Shown in pieces: positions 63,562 to 64,000 of a stretch of DNA of 64,000 bases. Where the stretch lies: positions 3,508 through 67,507 of IMG/VR virus record IMGVR_UViG_3300025849_000031. The stretch is one strand, 5' to 3'. A program made the position numbers and the translations under genes. Each line of letters begins with the position of its first letter. The stretch's first letter is position 1. The notes below the pieces were generated by a model. That model had not been told where the DNA came from. It made no database searches and saw nothing but the letters and a program-made list of their open reading frames with translations. Source of the DNA: a virus.

Positions 63562-64000
63562 ATGAATGAAAATATTATATTAGTAGATTGTGATGGTGTA
63601 TTGTGTGATTGGGAATACGCATTTCGTCACTGGATGCTACTAGAAAAGAAATTAGACCCAGTTAAACCAGATGAATATAATGTAGGTGCTCAATTTGGCA
63701 TCACGAGAGCTGAAGGTAAAAAACTAGTTCGAGAGTTTAATGACTCTGCTGCTATTGCATTCTTACCACCGCTTAGAGATGCTGTCTATTATATGAAGCG
63801 ACTGAATATGTTGCATGGTTATAAGTTCCACTGCATTACTTCATTAAGCACCAATAAGTATGCACAGAAGCTACGTATTCAAAACCTCGAGCTACTGTTT
63901 GGTGATAACATATTCGATGATTATATTATCCTTGGCTGTGGTGACGATAAAGATGAAGCATTGGCACCTTATGAAGGAACTGAATGCTGGTGGATTGAAG
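63562..64000 (+). CDS. HAD-family 5'(3')-deoxyribonucleotidase-like protein, 3' end truncated
   Basis: MNENIILVDCDGVLCDW (DxDGV motif); frame stays open to the window end. Confidence 0.8.
   Translation, partial: MNENIILVDCDGVLCDWEYAFRHWMLLEKKLDPVKPDEYNVGAQFGITRAEGKKLVREFNDSAAIAFLPPLRDAVYYMKRLNMLHGYKFHCITSLSTNKYAQKLRIQNLELLFGDNIFDDYIILGCGDDKDEALAPYEGTECWWIE

Noticed and set aside
1-64000. Alternative genetic code or stop-codon readthrough
   Set aside because: TAA, TAG and TGA all terminate conserved genes at expected lengths, and no suppressor tRNA is present.

Overview
A 64-kb segment of a T4-like myovirus genome with the gene content of aquatic T4-like phages. It is AT-rich, uses the standard genetic code, and essentially all credible genes lie on the + strand. 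In order it holds: the late head/tail block (gp19 3' part, gp20, gp67/68-like, gp21, gp22, gp23, gp3); uvsY, uvsW, gp55, gp47, gp46; a vWA protein with a MoxR/CobS-like AAA ATPase; gp45, gp44, gp62, regA, hsp20, gp43; a MazG-like pyrophosphatase and an AEP-type primase; a cytosine-modification cluster; ribosomal protein bS21, uvsX, gp41, thyX and three tRNAs; early accessory genes behind repeated promoter cassettes; a late-promoter block of ORFs with T4 capsid-targeting-like N-termini; spanins and a class 3 lipase; nrdA/nrdB/glutaredoxin, rnh, a pyrimidine-dimer glycosylase-like gene, phoH, a 2OG oxygenase, an exonuclease and a truncated HAD nucleotidase. Spanins and sigma70-type promoters with Shine-Dalgarno sites suggest a Gram-negative host. 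Strongest leads: (1) a dCMP hydroxymethylase + BGT-like glycosyltransferase + UDP-galactopyranose mutase + epimerase + divergent C5-MTase cluster, predicting a furanose-sugar DNA hypermodification; (2) an array of probable virion-packaged enzymes (ligase-like, HxGH nucleotidyltransferase, P-loop kinase, restriction-like nuclease); (3) a ROSE-type RNA thermometer before hsp20; (4) an antisense promoter and orphan Shine-Dalgarno elements. All family calls come from motif recognition by eye; no database search was run.
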